In this document: positions 36,101 to 51,100 of the stretch, in pieces | Layout of the letters: the number at the start of each line of letters is the position of its first letter | Position numbering within the stretch: the stretch's first letter is position 1 | From: Zootoca vivipara | Lineage: Eukaryota | DNA: 64,000 nucleotides | NCBI RefSeq assembly: GCF_963506605.1 | Contig: NC_083285.1 | Location: 36,828,001 to 36,892,000 of the forward strand | Reading direction: 5' to 3' | Program-made: the position numbers and the translations under genes | The notes under the pieces: generated by a model | Databases searched by the model: none | The model's input: the letters and a program-made list of their open reading frames with translations, nothing else | Told to the model about the DNA's origin: nothing

Positions 36101-39100
36101 TTTGTCTGAACCAGGGCTTGCTTGCATGCACATACTTGTGCACATAGACACATGCAAACCAATTTCACATGAAAAACCTATTTCCTGGAGCCATGCAAAT
36201 TGGCTCCAAGTGGCTTAAGCATTCAGGTCAATGTTTAAATGAAACTGTCAACCTCATTTCAAATAAAAATACTATACACCCATGTGGGAATACTATTTTT
36301 TTTAATGAGCACTGCTGAGAAATGCACTCAATCCATTCCAAGCTGTGCTGATCAGTTAGGATACAATACTTGTAGGTACTGCTATCAGAACACTTGTTAT
36401 CCAAAATTCAGTTATCTGAACATAATTATGCTCAAAATTCACTGTGTGAACGACCGATTCAGATATCCAAACAGGCAGTTTGCCCACTTCCTTAGTTTGT
36501 GCTTTGCTGGTCGGCAGCAGCCATTTTCAGGTAGAAACAATGGTGGTGGTGCAAGGAGGGGAGTGGACAAATCAGAGAGCAAGAGAGACTGGGCAACTCA
36601 GTTTTTCCTTTGTCTCTCTTCTGCTACCGGTAGTTGGCAGTAGCCATTTTAGGAAGTAACCATTGCAGAAGGGGAAGAGAGACCACAGATTAGAAATATT
36701 CCCATAGCAAAGAATGGAAATTGTCAGCTTGTTATGCGATCGCTTTCTAACAAGTGATTTCCTGGGGACACATTTTGTTCAGAAGCTGGGACCTACCTGT
36801 ACTACTAAACTGGGTAATCAAAGGTGATAACATAAAAGAGCATCCTTAAAGGCCAGCATTCAAATGTCTAAAACTTCTACAGTGTTTTAAGAGATTTTAA
36901 AATAGACACAGAGGAAGCACACAATTTGGCAACTTGCTGTTTTTACTGAGTTCAATGTTCTGCGAGGCAATCTGTCACTCGACAACATAAGCTTTCATGC
37001 TAGAGAAGTGCTAGTCTTAACTATGCCATTAAAATCACTGACCTGGTATAATTGGCTCAGTATTATGGCAGATCATCTATCTCTTATATGTCACACAGCT
37101 AACCTTGGAAAAGAAATTTCAACGTGCTTCGTCACAAACCCAACACAATGTAAAACCGAAGCAGCTGTCTTCCTGCCACATAAGTAACACTGTTTTTTCA
37201 ATAGAAAAATCAAAACATTGAAGACAATTATTGTCTGAAATGAACTGAAATTCTAGTTTAAACTTTCCTAGTACAGTAATTATAGGGCTGTTAAAAATTA
37301 AGCAGTAGGAGAAAGCTCTTTTCAATGTCAAATGTAATCACAATCCGCTACTGTGTAGAAGCTACAAATGTTTTAAGAATTAGTATTTGATTAAGCAACT
37401 ATAGTTAAGACACTGATTTTCTTAAAGGAAAAAAGGAAGCTCCATTTGTCATTTACACATCACAAGGTTTGACCACATCCCTTCATGGTCTACCTGTCAT
37501 CAATGGTTATTCTAGTTAAAAATGTTGGTTTTTGTATCACTGCTGATCAGGAACATACGAAGCTGCCTTAAACCAAGTCAGACCACTGCTACATTTAGCT
37601 CAGAACTGTCCACAGTAATTGGCAGTGACATTTCAAGATTACAGAGAGGGCTCTCTTGCACCCTACCTGGAGATGCATACAAAGCTATTGCCCTCCAAAC
37701 CATCTTGGAGATCCTTTTCAGTGGTTACCTGTAGGGCTGTGCAATATCTGCTTTCCATATCTCAATACACCACCAGCTAAATGCCACAGCTTGGATGAGA
37801 GCACTCCCTTCAGAGTCAAATCCACATTTATCCCCCATAATCAGGATTTCAGGATAGAAGCTTTCCACCATGAAATTATAAAAGACTTAGACAAATTGGA
37901 AAAACGGCATATTCCCATTAGACATAATATTACTAAAGAACAACAAGAATTAATTCAGAAATGGGCAAGTGACCGCTCGATTACAATCAAACCTGCGGAC
38001 AAGGGAGGGGCAATCGTGTTAATGGACACAGACATTTATGAACAGGAAATTATCAGGCAATTGTCCGATAAAAAAATATTATTCACCCCTCAACAATGAT
38101 CCCACCCCTAAAGTCTTTACCCTGATCCGAACCACAGTGAATGAAGCATTAGCATTAGATTATATTTCTATACAGACTGCCGAGTTCTTACTCTGCAAAA
38201 ATCCACGGGTCCCAATCTTTTATACTCTCCCCAAGATCCATAAAAATATTTTACCTCCGCCTGGCCGCCCTATTGTCTCAGCGGTTTGGTTCACTTACTG
38301 AACCACTATCCAAGTACCTAGACTCATTTCTATTTGAACACTCCACTGCAACCACCACATATATCCGTGACACCAAAGATCTCATAGCTAAACTAGAAAA
38401 TGTTCCCATCCCTAGAGGTGCTATTTTAGCAACCCTAGATGTAGGTTCCCTGTATACCAACATTCCACTTGTAACTATGGTATAAGAGGAACCATTGAGA
38501 ATTTATTACGTTCCAGACAAGAACAAAATCCACCATATCATTTCTTAATCCAATTATTGGACATTGTTCTTGAAAATAATTTCTTCCGGTATAAAAATGA
38601 CTTTTATCTCCAAACTCAGGGTGTCGCTATGGGAGCGGCTCTGGCCCCTTCGGTGGCCAATATTCATATGTTTGATTTTGAAAACAAATATTTCTATTCT
38701 GGATCTAACCCTTACTTACAGGATATTATTTTGATCAAAAGATGATTTGTTTATAATTTTTAAATCTGAAGGAACGTGCACAGCATTTCTAGAATGGGTT
38801 AATACTCTGGATCCCCATTTAAAATTTACTTGCCACCATCATGACGAAGAAATTCCTTTTTTGGACGTAATTGTTTACATTTCCGACAAAAACTCCCTGG
38901 AATTTAAACCCTACAAAAAGCCAACAGATCGCTACTCCCTACTCCATTATTCTTCCAGCCACCCATCACATTTGAGAAGGAATCTACCGTACGGACAATT
39001 AATCAGGCTCAAAAGGAATGCTACTGTCGAGAAAGACTACCAAAATGCAGCTCACAAGCTAGGAGAAGCCCTTACTAATCGGGGCTACCCTGATTACATT

Positions 39101-42100
39101 ATATAAGACGCATACAAACGCATCGACAGTCGCAACAGGGAAGAGTTACTTGCAACACCACCTGACAACACCAACAGAAAATCCTCCTGTTTAGTTATGG
39201 GGATGGATTTCACTCCCCTAGCCCATCATATCAGAAACATAATATACAAACACAGGCACATTGTGGAAGACATTCCTGGCTGTAAAGATCCCCCGCTCTT
39301 AGGGTTTAGAAAGAAAGGGACCCTACGCAATCAATTGGTGAAAGCAGATTGCCTAGAACCGTCATCTATTATTACCAAAGGCCACTATAGGTGCGGCTCC
39401 TGCAATTTGTGTCCTTACAGTTTGCCAATTAAGGAGATCAGGAGTGAACACACTTGGTTCACCTTTAAGATTAATTCGATGACAACCTGCAATTCTAAGA
39501 ATGTTGTATACTGCATAAGGTGTCCCTGTAACAAACTGTACATAGGAAGCACTACGCGACCCCTTAAGGTTTGCATAGGGGAACATAGATATTGTGCTTC
39601 CGTAACCAAGTCATGGAAGCCCCCCTCACATCTCACTTCCTACAAAAGAAGCATAGTGATTCGGACTTCATGTTTTTTTGCATCTGGCAGTATACCCCTA
39701 AAAAATACCATTTGTTGTTTAGTCGTTTAGTCGCGTCCGACTCTTCGTGACCCCATGGACACGAAAAATACCATAAACAGGATATTTTAAAGATTCTCAG
39801 GCAACAAGAAACCAAATTGATTTTCATGCTTAAGACGTTACAACCGCATGGCCTCAATTCAGAGCTTGATCTTTCAGTATTCATTTAATCATACACCAAC
39901 TCGGTCTTTTCAGTACTTGAATTCTGCCTCTCCCTCCCTAATTGCTTATCTCCCGGGAAGGAGTTTCCTGTGTATGTGTGACTCAAACAGAGCAATCTTG
40001 CTTAGGCCACCTTATTCAATTCTAACAAAGAATATAATATTAAAATAACACATTCTAACTAAGAATACAAAGAATATAAAATGTGTAAGCTTTAATTTCT
40101 GATATGCTTGGTTTAGATATCTGTTCTTAATAATGTGTATAACTGAAATCAGTATTCTATTTTTGTTGTTAGTGAATTTGAAAAATTAACAAGAAAACTC
40201 TGTGGCCTAAGCCTAAATAAGAAACTGTACTTTCACTGTAAGTATTGCTTGTACAAATTCGTTTGTCCAAACACCAATTCAGATATTTTGTTTAAATATT
40301 AACGAACTTAACTTGAATGTATTACAAGAACAGAAAGAAGAAGATACCACTGAAGAAGCCCAATATTGGGCAAAACAGGTCTTAAACGCCGGCAACCTAT
40401 CTGTTGCGTCGTTGCTGATCCACCCTGTATCGCCTGTACTTTGCGTTTACCTTATTTCCTGTTAATACATTAAGACTTTGGTTTTTTCTGTGCCTTCGTG
40501 TTCTGCCTGTGTTGTATCACATTTAAACGTCACGATATGGCAGCATATTACGATGTCGGAAAAGAGGTGGGGAGGAAGAAGGCAACTGCCAGCCATGGAG
40601 ACAATTAGCATCACTGTGTGCAGCTTCTGCCTGTTCCAAAGCCGCCGCCTCCTCCAGTGCCCACCTTGGCACAGGTGGGGCATGTGGGTGGCCTGCCTCT
40701 TCCTCCAGGAGAAAGAGGTAAAATGGCCACTGTGCGTGAGACTGGGGGGGGGGACTTGATCAGTAGAGAAGTGGGCTTCCTTAATATACTTCCTTTATAC
40801 TTAAATGTTAATTCTCACAATGAGAATTATTCCACACTGAAGCAGTTGCAGCTCCATTCTCTATCATATGGATGCCTGGCTTCTTTAATAATAGCTACTG
40901 CTGCAGGTATCAGCGTACATAGAAGGCCGTTAAGATGAAAGATCACAGTTTATCATTTCTACAATCTCCAACAGTCATCTTGTGGTTACCCAGTTTCTGT
41001 TTTTGTGTTTCTGTGCTTTAAAACATAGTTTCTATTTTGCCCTCATGGAAGGAAGAAAACAGAATAATATGAGGAATAATTTCTCTAAACTAACCAGAAC
41101 GAACCAGAGCAGCACACAGAAACGCTGTTTACCTTCCTGCAGGGGCGGTACCTATTTCTCTACTTGCACTTTGATGTGCTTTCGAACTGCTAGATTGGCA
41201 GGAGCTGGGACCGAGCAATGGGAGCTCACCCCGTCACGGGGATTCGAACCGCTGACCTTCTGATCGGCAAGCCCTAGGCTCTGTGGTTTAACCCACAGCG
41301 CCACCCACGTCCCCCAAATTAGTTCCCACTAAAATCAAGTCACATTGTGACTTAAGCACAACTATCTTAATCTGGATCCCATCCCCAACCCTTCTCTTTA
41401 GGCAGCTTAGACTTGCTGCAAGGAGTCTTATTTTCCCCCCTTTCCCAAACAGAATTGAGATGGAGGGGGAAGGTGCTTTCTAAGAAATAGGCTGTTATCA
41501 CAGGTAAGATCTGGCACAAGCTTCAGGCTGAAAACATGAAAGTACAATTCTCCCCATCTGAGAAATAAAAGCCCACTAACATTTAAAGAGTGAGAATCTT
41601 GAGATCGCAAGTGAAAGTACTGGCTATTTAGATTAACTTGATGCAGCAATTTCTTGTTTATATAACTATTGAGAAGGCATGCCTTACATCTTAATAACCA
41701 AGGTGGATTTTTTAAAAAGTCACTGCTCCCACTTCCACATGCAAGGAACTTCCACTCATGCAAGTGGAATGCAGCACATTTATCCTTCACACAGAGAACA
41801 AACATATCAAGGAAAAGATTAGGCTAGAAGTTCTCTCTCCAACTTCTAATTTTTGTATGGAGAAACATTATGTGCGAAAGAGCATTCTCTCTATCATACA
41901 AGTCTCCACCTACTGGCTGAAGAGGTGCAGGCTAGAAACAGTTTGCTACCTCAAGTAACTACCGGTAGTTCTCAGAGTTGACTAGCGCTAGGCTAGACCA
42001 ACCAACAGTCTGATGTGGCATAAGACAACCTCCTATATTCACAATAGTAAGTGGTATTAAATGTGATTTGTAGATGTCATTACTGCTTCAGGGAACAGTG

Positions 42101-45100
42101 CCAAAAACAAAATGCTAGCTATGTTTTCATGCCAACAGAAAAATACAAAGAGAATAAGAACCTGGCTTTTCAAACACTGAATTATGAAAAAGGAGAGAAA
42201 TAAAGCCATGTAATAGAGACAATTTGTCTCCAAATGGTTGGTTGGAAGGTATGTTCATAGCTAATGGTTCTGGTAACATCTCTGAAAAATCTGTCTTGAC
42301 AGCATCAAAATACTTACTTTAGTTGTCAAGGCACTGATCTCTCGTTCAGCTTTATGTAGCTTGCTTCTTAAGAGTGTATTCTGCTCACTGCTCAGCTGCA
42401 GATCCTTTTCAATGCGTTCAAGCTGCAGCTTAAGGGATTGTTTTTCTGCCTTAAAATTAAGAAATGAAATCTTAAATTGCTTCACAGAAATGAATCCTGA
42501 AACAGAGTTCTAAACCTATTTGCACAAAAGTAAGATTCCTTCACCCAAAACCTCATTACCTGGCTGGGACTGATGTGCTGGTTTCAAGAGGCCAATAGAA
42601 TCAGTGCCATTACTTCTAGTAAGTAAGCATTTGAGGTCTCAAATCTTTTTGGGATCTCTGGGTCATTTTACATTAACATATTTTAGATGGTTAGCTTATT
42701 TGCTCTGAAGTTAAATAGCTTCCCTAGGAAGCTAGGGCTAGTTCAAGCACCAGAACTACATCACAATAATCCCTTCTCCCCTCCTAAAAAGTCTCTTCCC
42801 CACCTCGGGGGAGGAGATGTTGTGGGCACCACGAGGCCTTCACGTAGGGGGGGGGGGAATGGTTAGCACTCCCCCCAGCCCATTGGCCCGTTCCCTGCCG
42901 CGGCACACCCGCAGCGCACCCAATCCGGGTGTGCTGTGGGGGCGTGGCCCGGTTATTTAAGCGGGCGTGCGGCGGGGAAACGACCTCGCTTCTTTGACCT
43001 AGCTCCGAAGTTTCTCCCGCCCACCTCCCCCTTTTAGGCAGGGTTATTCCGTGACTTCGCTACGGACTACGGTCAGTCGCCTATTGAGGCTGGGTAGGAA
43101 TTTTCCCACCTGGCAAATTGGCTCAGGCCAGGTGGTTTTCGCCTACCTCGTGGCAGTTTGTCACAACTTGGTTTTGGCGGTAGGCATTGGATTATCTCAA
43201 GAAGGTACAGGTGTGGGGGGGAGGTTGCTGGTATCACCTCCCCCAAGATTTGGAAAGGTACTCCCTTAAGGAGTCCGGGGGCGTTGCAAAGTCCGAAGCC
43301 GTGGTAGGTGAGGGCCAGAGAGCACGCACCCTAGCGGTGGCCCCAGGATGAGTCCTACTTGATGTGCATCGCAGGACTCATTCAACGGTGGTTAACCTTT
43401 CACAGACTGCCAGCAGAGCGGGCTGGAGTCGGATATAGTCGGTTAGATTCAATGCCTAGGCCAATACCTCTCTACATCCGTAATCAATAAAGTTGTGGCC
43501 TTTTATGCCCATTAACCTTATACAATGTGTTGTGTCTCTTTATTTCTCGGGGAGGCGTCGGGGTATTGCCACACAACAGCCTCTCGCCCTCTCAGACCTG
43601 AACAGGAATATAAAGTTCATGCACCTATTTTATGTTTAAATTTGTATACTGCCCTTCATCTGAAGATCATAGGGTGGTTTACAACACAAAAATACAAACT
43701 GAAAACACAAAATGCATAATTAAAAACAAAAACAAACCAATGATCACCTCCCACAAAGACATTTAAAAGGGCATAGAATGTTAATCAGCCAAATGCCTGG
43801 TTGAAGAGAAACATTTTCACCTAGCGCCTAAAGATATGTAATGAAGGTGCTAGGTGAGGCTTCTTGGGGAAAACATTCCACAAACAAGGAGCCACCACAG
43901 AAAAGGCCTGTTCCTGTGTGGCCACCCTCCAGACCTTATGTGGGGGAGGCACCCAAAGAAGGACCTCAGATAATGATTTCAGTTCATATGAGATGCAGTT
44001 CTTGAGGCATTGTGGTCCTGTCTGAAGCCCTTATCAGGGAACTGTTCTTGCCCTACAGACCCCATTTATTCTCTCTAATTGGCACTAATTCAAATAAAAT
44101 TGCTATCAGCTGGCAAGCAAAACAGGGTTATAAAAATAAGTGGTTTCTATTTACCCAGACATCTCCCCAGCTTCACAGAATATGCAAGTTGCATTTAAAG
44201 CCTGACAATAACCTGTGAACCTCCTGGACACACACAATGCTAGGGGATCCTTTGAAGAAAAAGAAAATAGGAAACTGAAGGTGGGGGAAGAGGAAATTGG
44301 TCTACTCAAGCTGCAAGCAGCTTATAGAAAGTAACCTGGCGAGGGGTGATTAGAATAGGGAGGTGTGTTTCTTTAAAAAAAAACCCTTAACTTCCTGCAC
44401 TATACAAGTCTTCTGAAACTCCCCCTCACAGCCCTTAGTCTTCTAGTAAGTTTAAACAGCTGTTTATTGTTGCTGGACCTATTTGTAGAATTTGCTTATT
44501 GAATGTTTTGTACCTTAGTATATTATTCAGCTTATATATTTATTTATTGTTTCTAGAGACAAATTTGTTTACCAGAGTAAAATATCCTTCCGCTTTCAAT
44601 CTCATGTAAAAAGTTCAAACCTGTAGACTCCGCAATGATTATTCCAAATATTATGATTCAAACCACCTTGTAGATAAATCTGTCATAATTTTCAGAACTA
44701 TTTTGCAAAATAGTAATCTTATTACTAATAGGAAAATGGGAGTCTGATTAGGAAGAATCAAGCTCATTGATAGCCTGATGTGAGTTTCTCATTGTTTAAG
44801 TTAACACACAGTGTACACCTTTACTATGTCTTGTAAGGAGACAATCAGAATCTCCTACCTCCAAGGATCGTGTTGTAGCTTGCATCTCAGTTAACTGTCG
44901 CACCTGTATTCTCTGCACATTTTCCGCTTGCATACCAGAGTTCTCCCTCTGAGCTCTTAGTTCTGCTACTTCTGCTTCAAAGCCCTTTAATTTCTGAACT
45001 AGTTGAGCCTTTTCTCTTAATAGTGCTTCCACACGCTTGCCATCTCTTGTAGGATCAATATTAAGCAGCTGATTGTGCAATTCTTCTTTATCTTTGCCAA

Positions 45101-48100
45101 GTCTCGTTATCTATGAGTAATTGAACAGACAACACTATGGGCCCACTCCAGTCTGAGTGTGACTTCAGAAAACCCATAAGATTCAATAATTATTTGCACC
45201 AGATGTACACACAACCATGTATGAAGACGGGAGGGAGGGAATGAGAACCCACTGCACACAAACCATGTTCCTGTGCTTGGAATTGGTCAAAGTGTATTTA
45301 TATATACGGTAACATTATGTTGATAAGCCCAGAAGTATTAGAAAAGCACATAAGAGTAAATATATTTGTTCTAAAATGAAAATACATTTTGATTTCATTC
45401 AAAATAAGCAATACATTGGTAAAACTAGAACTATGTTTTATAGGCCCTTTTCTCACAGAAAAATTAAAGTTGCAGAAATGTGTCCCCCATAAAATTGGAA
45501 CCAATAATACACTTGCGGTCATTTTAGTCAGGAAAAATATCAACACATTTTCTAAAAAAATTTCACTTGATTAAGAACAGCAGAACAATGAAATATGCAA
45601 TTAGTTCATTATCACAACTGTAAGGCTGCAGTCCTACACACATTTACTTGGGAGTAAGCTGACTGAATGCAGCAAGACTTAAAGTTAATATATGGCAAAC
45701 TGCATATTTCCTCCTTTTTCTTAAGACATTCATGAAGCAGAAGGCCTAATTAAGCTTTAGGCAGGGTTCAAATTTATTATGGTTGATTACATTTAAAACT
45801 TTAAATTCATATTCAAATGTTATGGTTTTTCTTATATTAAAATATTATTCCTTACCTCAGATTCATATTTTAATTTGTTCTCTTCTAAAATATGGGCATG
45901 CTCTTCTTTCTGATGCTCAAACTCTGATTTAAGGAAGGTATGTTCATAGCGAAGTTTGTTATATTCTGTTCTCCATTTTTCTGCTTCCTAATTAAGAAGA
46001 ACATATGTGACTATATCAAAGTGAATAAAAAATACAAACCCATGCAGGAAAAAATGAGCACACAAGATGCTTAGCAAGTATCAGGTGTAAACTTAAAACA
46101 GGTCAACAATTGTTAATTTTTTTGATGGCTACATTTACAGTTGCATCAAAAGAAATACTGTACAGTAATACTATTGGTTGGCTTAAGCTTCAGAAGTAAC
46201 AGAGAATGCTCCTTTCCAGTCACCGTTGCGGCAGTGGAGTCATATTGCCAGGAAGTGGAAACAGTTGAGATTAGGGCTGTGCTAGAAATCAATATATCAG
46301 GTTTTAGATCAAATCATGATAACAGTTTTTTTTAATGACTTTGCAATTTATCACATATTGTGTGTATGGTATTAAAAAAATCACAATACAGTGGAACCTC
46401 GGTTTACGAACACCTCGGTTTACGAATTTTCGGTTTACGAGCGCTGCGGACCCGTCTGAAACGGATTAATTCACTTTCCATTACTTTCAATGGGAAAGTT
46501 CGCTTCAGTTTATGAACGCTTCAGTTTATGAACAAACTTCCGGAACCAATTGTGTTCATAAACCGAGGTACCACTGTATGCTTCTTCCTGTGTGTGCAGC
46601 GCTCGCTAACTCCACCTCACTCAGCTCTTTGCTGCCTCCTGCAGCAACAAGAAATAGCTAAAAATCACTACAGCAGGCTGACTCAAATATCGCCCAGCAG
46701 ATATCGCCAAACAAAGCTTCAGTCAACCTTTCCTCTCTCCTGCAGGAGAAGCAATTTTTAGGGAACCTTTGATATCTATACTACTAATTACTTCTACAAC
46801 TTTAATTTTACTGTGTTAATATTGGTACAGTAGTAACAATATGTTAAGTAAATATTTATCAGTTTTAGAGTTAGACCCATACCTAGTAGCAGTTGCCAAG
46901 ACACTGCCATGTTCATCTCTACATAGCTCCAGCCTTATTTCACATATTGTGATATATCAAAATACAGTGCTACCTCAGTTTAAGAACAGTCCTGTTTATG
47001 AACGATTTAGTTTACGAACTCCACAAAACCAGAAGTAGTGCCCCGGGTTTGCGAACTTTACCTTGGTCTAAGAATGGAATCCGAATGGTGAAAGGGCACT
47101 GGCAGTGGGACGCCTCATTGGAGAAAGCGCACCTCAGTTTAAGAACGCTTTCGGTTTAAGAACGGAGTTCTGGAATGGATTACATTCATAAACCGAGGTA
47201 CCACTGTATCACAATGTTTAAACTGGTAATATATCGTTATGTTGAAAACAAGATATCGCCCAGCCCTAGTTGAGATAGCCTTGAGCCACTGTCAAGAGAA
47301 TCCTGTTCTTTCTCTTAACGTTACCTTTAGTCACTGAAGGGTTGTACCAGCCTCTGTGACTCTCATGTCCCCAAAAGCTTAATAGTGCAGCGGGTAAGAT
47401 CCTATCTCCAGCCTCCTTAATCACAAAACAGGAGGCACTGCATGGTTGCATAGCATGGAACACTAACCCAGTTTAGCATGACATAGGTGAGCCAAAATGT
47501 GCCTGAGCAAAACATTAGGCTTACACACTACTCACTTTCCTCTCCCATGTAGCCAGGGAAAGGACTTTATCAGAATTTAAATTCAGTTTTACAGACACTT
47601 GCTTGCTGTTGTGTTCAGCCAGGGAAGCTGAATTAAAACAAACTGTTACGTTTCATGGCAAGATACCTTCGATCCATGGGTCTTTAAGCTCACTTAGAAG
47701 ATAAACACTGACCTCTCCAGTCCATCAAATATAAGTAACAGTAGATAGGAAAATATATTTTGGTTAGAAAAATTGTACCTAATTATGGAGCTGCCTAAGA
47801 ATATTTTTGTACTTTGAAGAAAAGGCTGGATATAAAACTTTCATTTCATAGAAAACTTTGTTTCTACTTACTTTATCTAGCTTCCGAAGGTTCTCTTTCA
47901 GAGGTGCTTCTATGTTGTCTCTTATGTCTGTTTTAAGCAACTCCAACTTCTGTGGAGTAATTACCTACATGTCCGAAGAAACATATAAAAAGAAATTAAC
48001 CAACAGTTTCATCATTTGTTTCTATGAAGATTATGCCGCCACTTAAAAGATCTGGAGTTCCCCCACCTCAGGATGGAAATACTCCACTATTATCCTGTTA

Positions 48101-51100
48101 TGCTGCATATATTCCTAAGGTACTGGACCTGGCAACAATAAAAAGGTATAGGATCTGTTTGAACACTGCTATTACAACAAGGTTTTCATCACTGGGCAAC
48201 TGCCAAAATGACTCAACCAAAGGAAAATACAAACTAAATCTACTGTCCTTAACATACCTAGAAGTAAGGTCTGTTCAGCTCAATGCAGCTGGCTTGTGAA
48301 TAGACATGTATAAAATGGCACTGCACAATTCCTAACACAGATCAAAGGTACATGCATATTTGTTATAGTATACAGTCTGCCTAACTAATAAAAGTTCAGT
48401 GTTGAGAGACAGTATGAATGACTAGGACTATGTAGACTCAGGTACAAATTCCCACTCAAGTCATGAAACTGACTGGATGACCTTGGGCACTTGTCTCTCA
48501 ACCTACTGTAAGTCATATGGGTATTATTAAGATAAATGCTGGGGGTTGGGGTGGGGAGAGAAACCACAAGAGATTTCTATGAAATATAGAGAGGTGTAAA
48601 AATTAATTAAACTCCATAGCTGCCATAGGAAGCCATGCCGGAGGTTCAGCTTCCAAAGAACGTTTGCAAACTGGAACACTCACTTCCAGGTTTGCGGCAT
48701 TTGGGAGCCAAAATATACGAGTGCCAAGGTGTTCGCTTCCAAGGTATGACTACAGTAAAAGTGCATGTCATGTTCCAGACAACTGGTAAATAAACTACAC
48801 GAGTCAAAGGGGTCTTTAAACTTATTTTGAAATGGCACCTCCCATTCCTCAGGCCAAATTTATTTTTGAAACTGAGCAGAGTATGGCATGGAGATATTCT
48901 GCATGAAGAGGGGGGAAAGTCACAAAGTATTCCTACATGATCTAAGCCACTGGTCTTCAACTGGTGGGCTGGGACTCACTACCAGGTCATGGCTGTACTA
49001 CCACAATACAAATATGTGGTGAAAAAAAAGTAAGAACTATGTCTCCAAATGCAGTTCTTTAGATACCAGTCACAGTTTAACAAGAACATCAGACATAATT
49101 AGCAATGTGGATTAAGATACAGTACTGTATAACATATGAATGAATATGTAACTTAAAGAATTGTGGCCTCACCTGCTTCTTTAACTCCTCTACTTCTCTT
49201 GATTTATCCAACAATTCATCTCGGAATTCACTGAGCAGACACTGAAATTTATCATGAACAGTTTGCTTTTCACGTAACAACTGTTTGAGCTCATTTTGTG
49301 ATTTTGTATATTCATTCTGAAGCCTGAAAAGAAATCATTTTACAATGTATCTGCTTTTTAGTTTATTGATCTATATCTTGGCACATTGAAGATAACGGAG
49401 AAAGGAGAGGAAACGGGAAGCAGGATAAACAGGGGAAGCTTATCAGTTTACAGTCATACCTCGGTTTAAGTACACTTCGGTTTGAGTACTTTCAGTTTAA
49501 GTACTCCACGGACCCGTCTGGAACGGATTGATCCACTTTCCATTACTCTCAATGGGAAAGTTCACTTCAGGTTAAGTATGCTTCAGGTTAAGTACGGACT
49601 TCCAGAACCAATTACACTCATACTTCGGGTTAAGTACGCTTTAGGTTGAGTACTCCGTGGACCCGTCTGGAACAGATTAATCCACTTTCCATTACTTCAA
49701 TGGGAAAGTTTGCTTCAGTACGCTTCACGTAAAGTACAGACTTCCGGATACAATTGTGTACTTAAACCGAGGTACCACTGTATTTCAGTTACATAAAGGT
49801 AAAGGTACCCCTGGCCATTAGGTCCAGTCGTGACCGACTCTGGGGTTGCAGTGCTCATCTCGCGTTATTGGACGAGGGAGCCGGGGTATAGCTTCCAGGT
49901 CATGTGGCCAGCATGACAAAGCTGCTTCTGGCAAACCAGAGCAGCACACGGAAACACCATTTACCTTCCTGCAGGGGCGGTACCTATTTATCCACTTGCA
50001 CTTTGACGTGCTTTCAAACTGCTAGGTTGGCAGGAGCTGGGACCAAGCAACAGGAGCTCACCCCGTCGCAGGGATTTGAACCACCGATCTTCTGATCGGT
50101 AAGCCCTAGGCTCTGTGGTTTAACCCACAGGGCCACCCGCATCAGTTACACATACTTAGGCTTAATTACAGCTAATATGACACAGGGAGTTGTGCCAAAA
50201 GACTGCACAGAAAAGGAGAGATTTGAAAGAAGGAAGAGCAGTAAGAACACGGAGGTGTTCTGGGTGGCAGCTTTGATGTTTGCTTCCTGTTTTTTTAATA
50301 CTGAAAATGCCAATACACATTTTTAAAAATCAAGATTGTACATATTTTTAAATACACTAGCACAACAATACAACCCCCACTTTGTGGTGGGCTGGGAGGA
50401 AGTTGATTGGGTGCAAGTATCCCTCTACCTAGGCCTGGCAGTCTGTATCTGGCAGAGAATTCCCCTCCCCCCTGCCAAAAATGTGGAAGTGCAACTAGCA
50501 AGATTCCCACTGGAAGCAACCAGTAGAAATCTCCAAAACAGAACTCTCCAGGGGCAGGGCTAAACTGGCCTGGGATATGTTGAATCCTAAGCAGGCCCTA
50601 CTAAAGTAACATGATGGTCACTTCAAGGTTGGCACAGTAACCTGCCAATTCTCCACCTTCTGTGTGGGAGAGCTGTATCTGCCACCCTGCTACTCCATAA
50701 AGAACCACCAAGCAGAGAAGAGATAGAATTGTTCCCTAAATCAGCATTTCTCAACCACTGTTCCGCGGCACACTAGTGTGCCGCGAGACGCTGGCTGGTG
50801 TGCCGCGACATGCGGCAACAAGAAGGGCGATTTGCACTGTCACGTGCCTGGCGGCCGCCAATATTGGGCACTGACCCGCCGGAGAGGAAGCCGGCCGGGT
50901 CACAACGCGGGGCGAGCGCCCGCGTCGTGACCCGGCCAGCTTCCTTTCCGGCAGGTTAATGTTGTTTATTGGCAGCCGCCAGGCACGTGACAGTGCAAAT
51001 CGCCCTTCTCGTCGCCGCACGTCGCGGCAAAATTTAGACAAACTAAACTAAAATTTAGACAAACTTAAAGAAGCTGGCTGGATGAGCTCAACATGAAACT

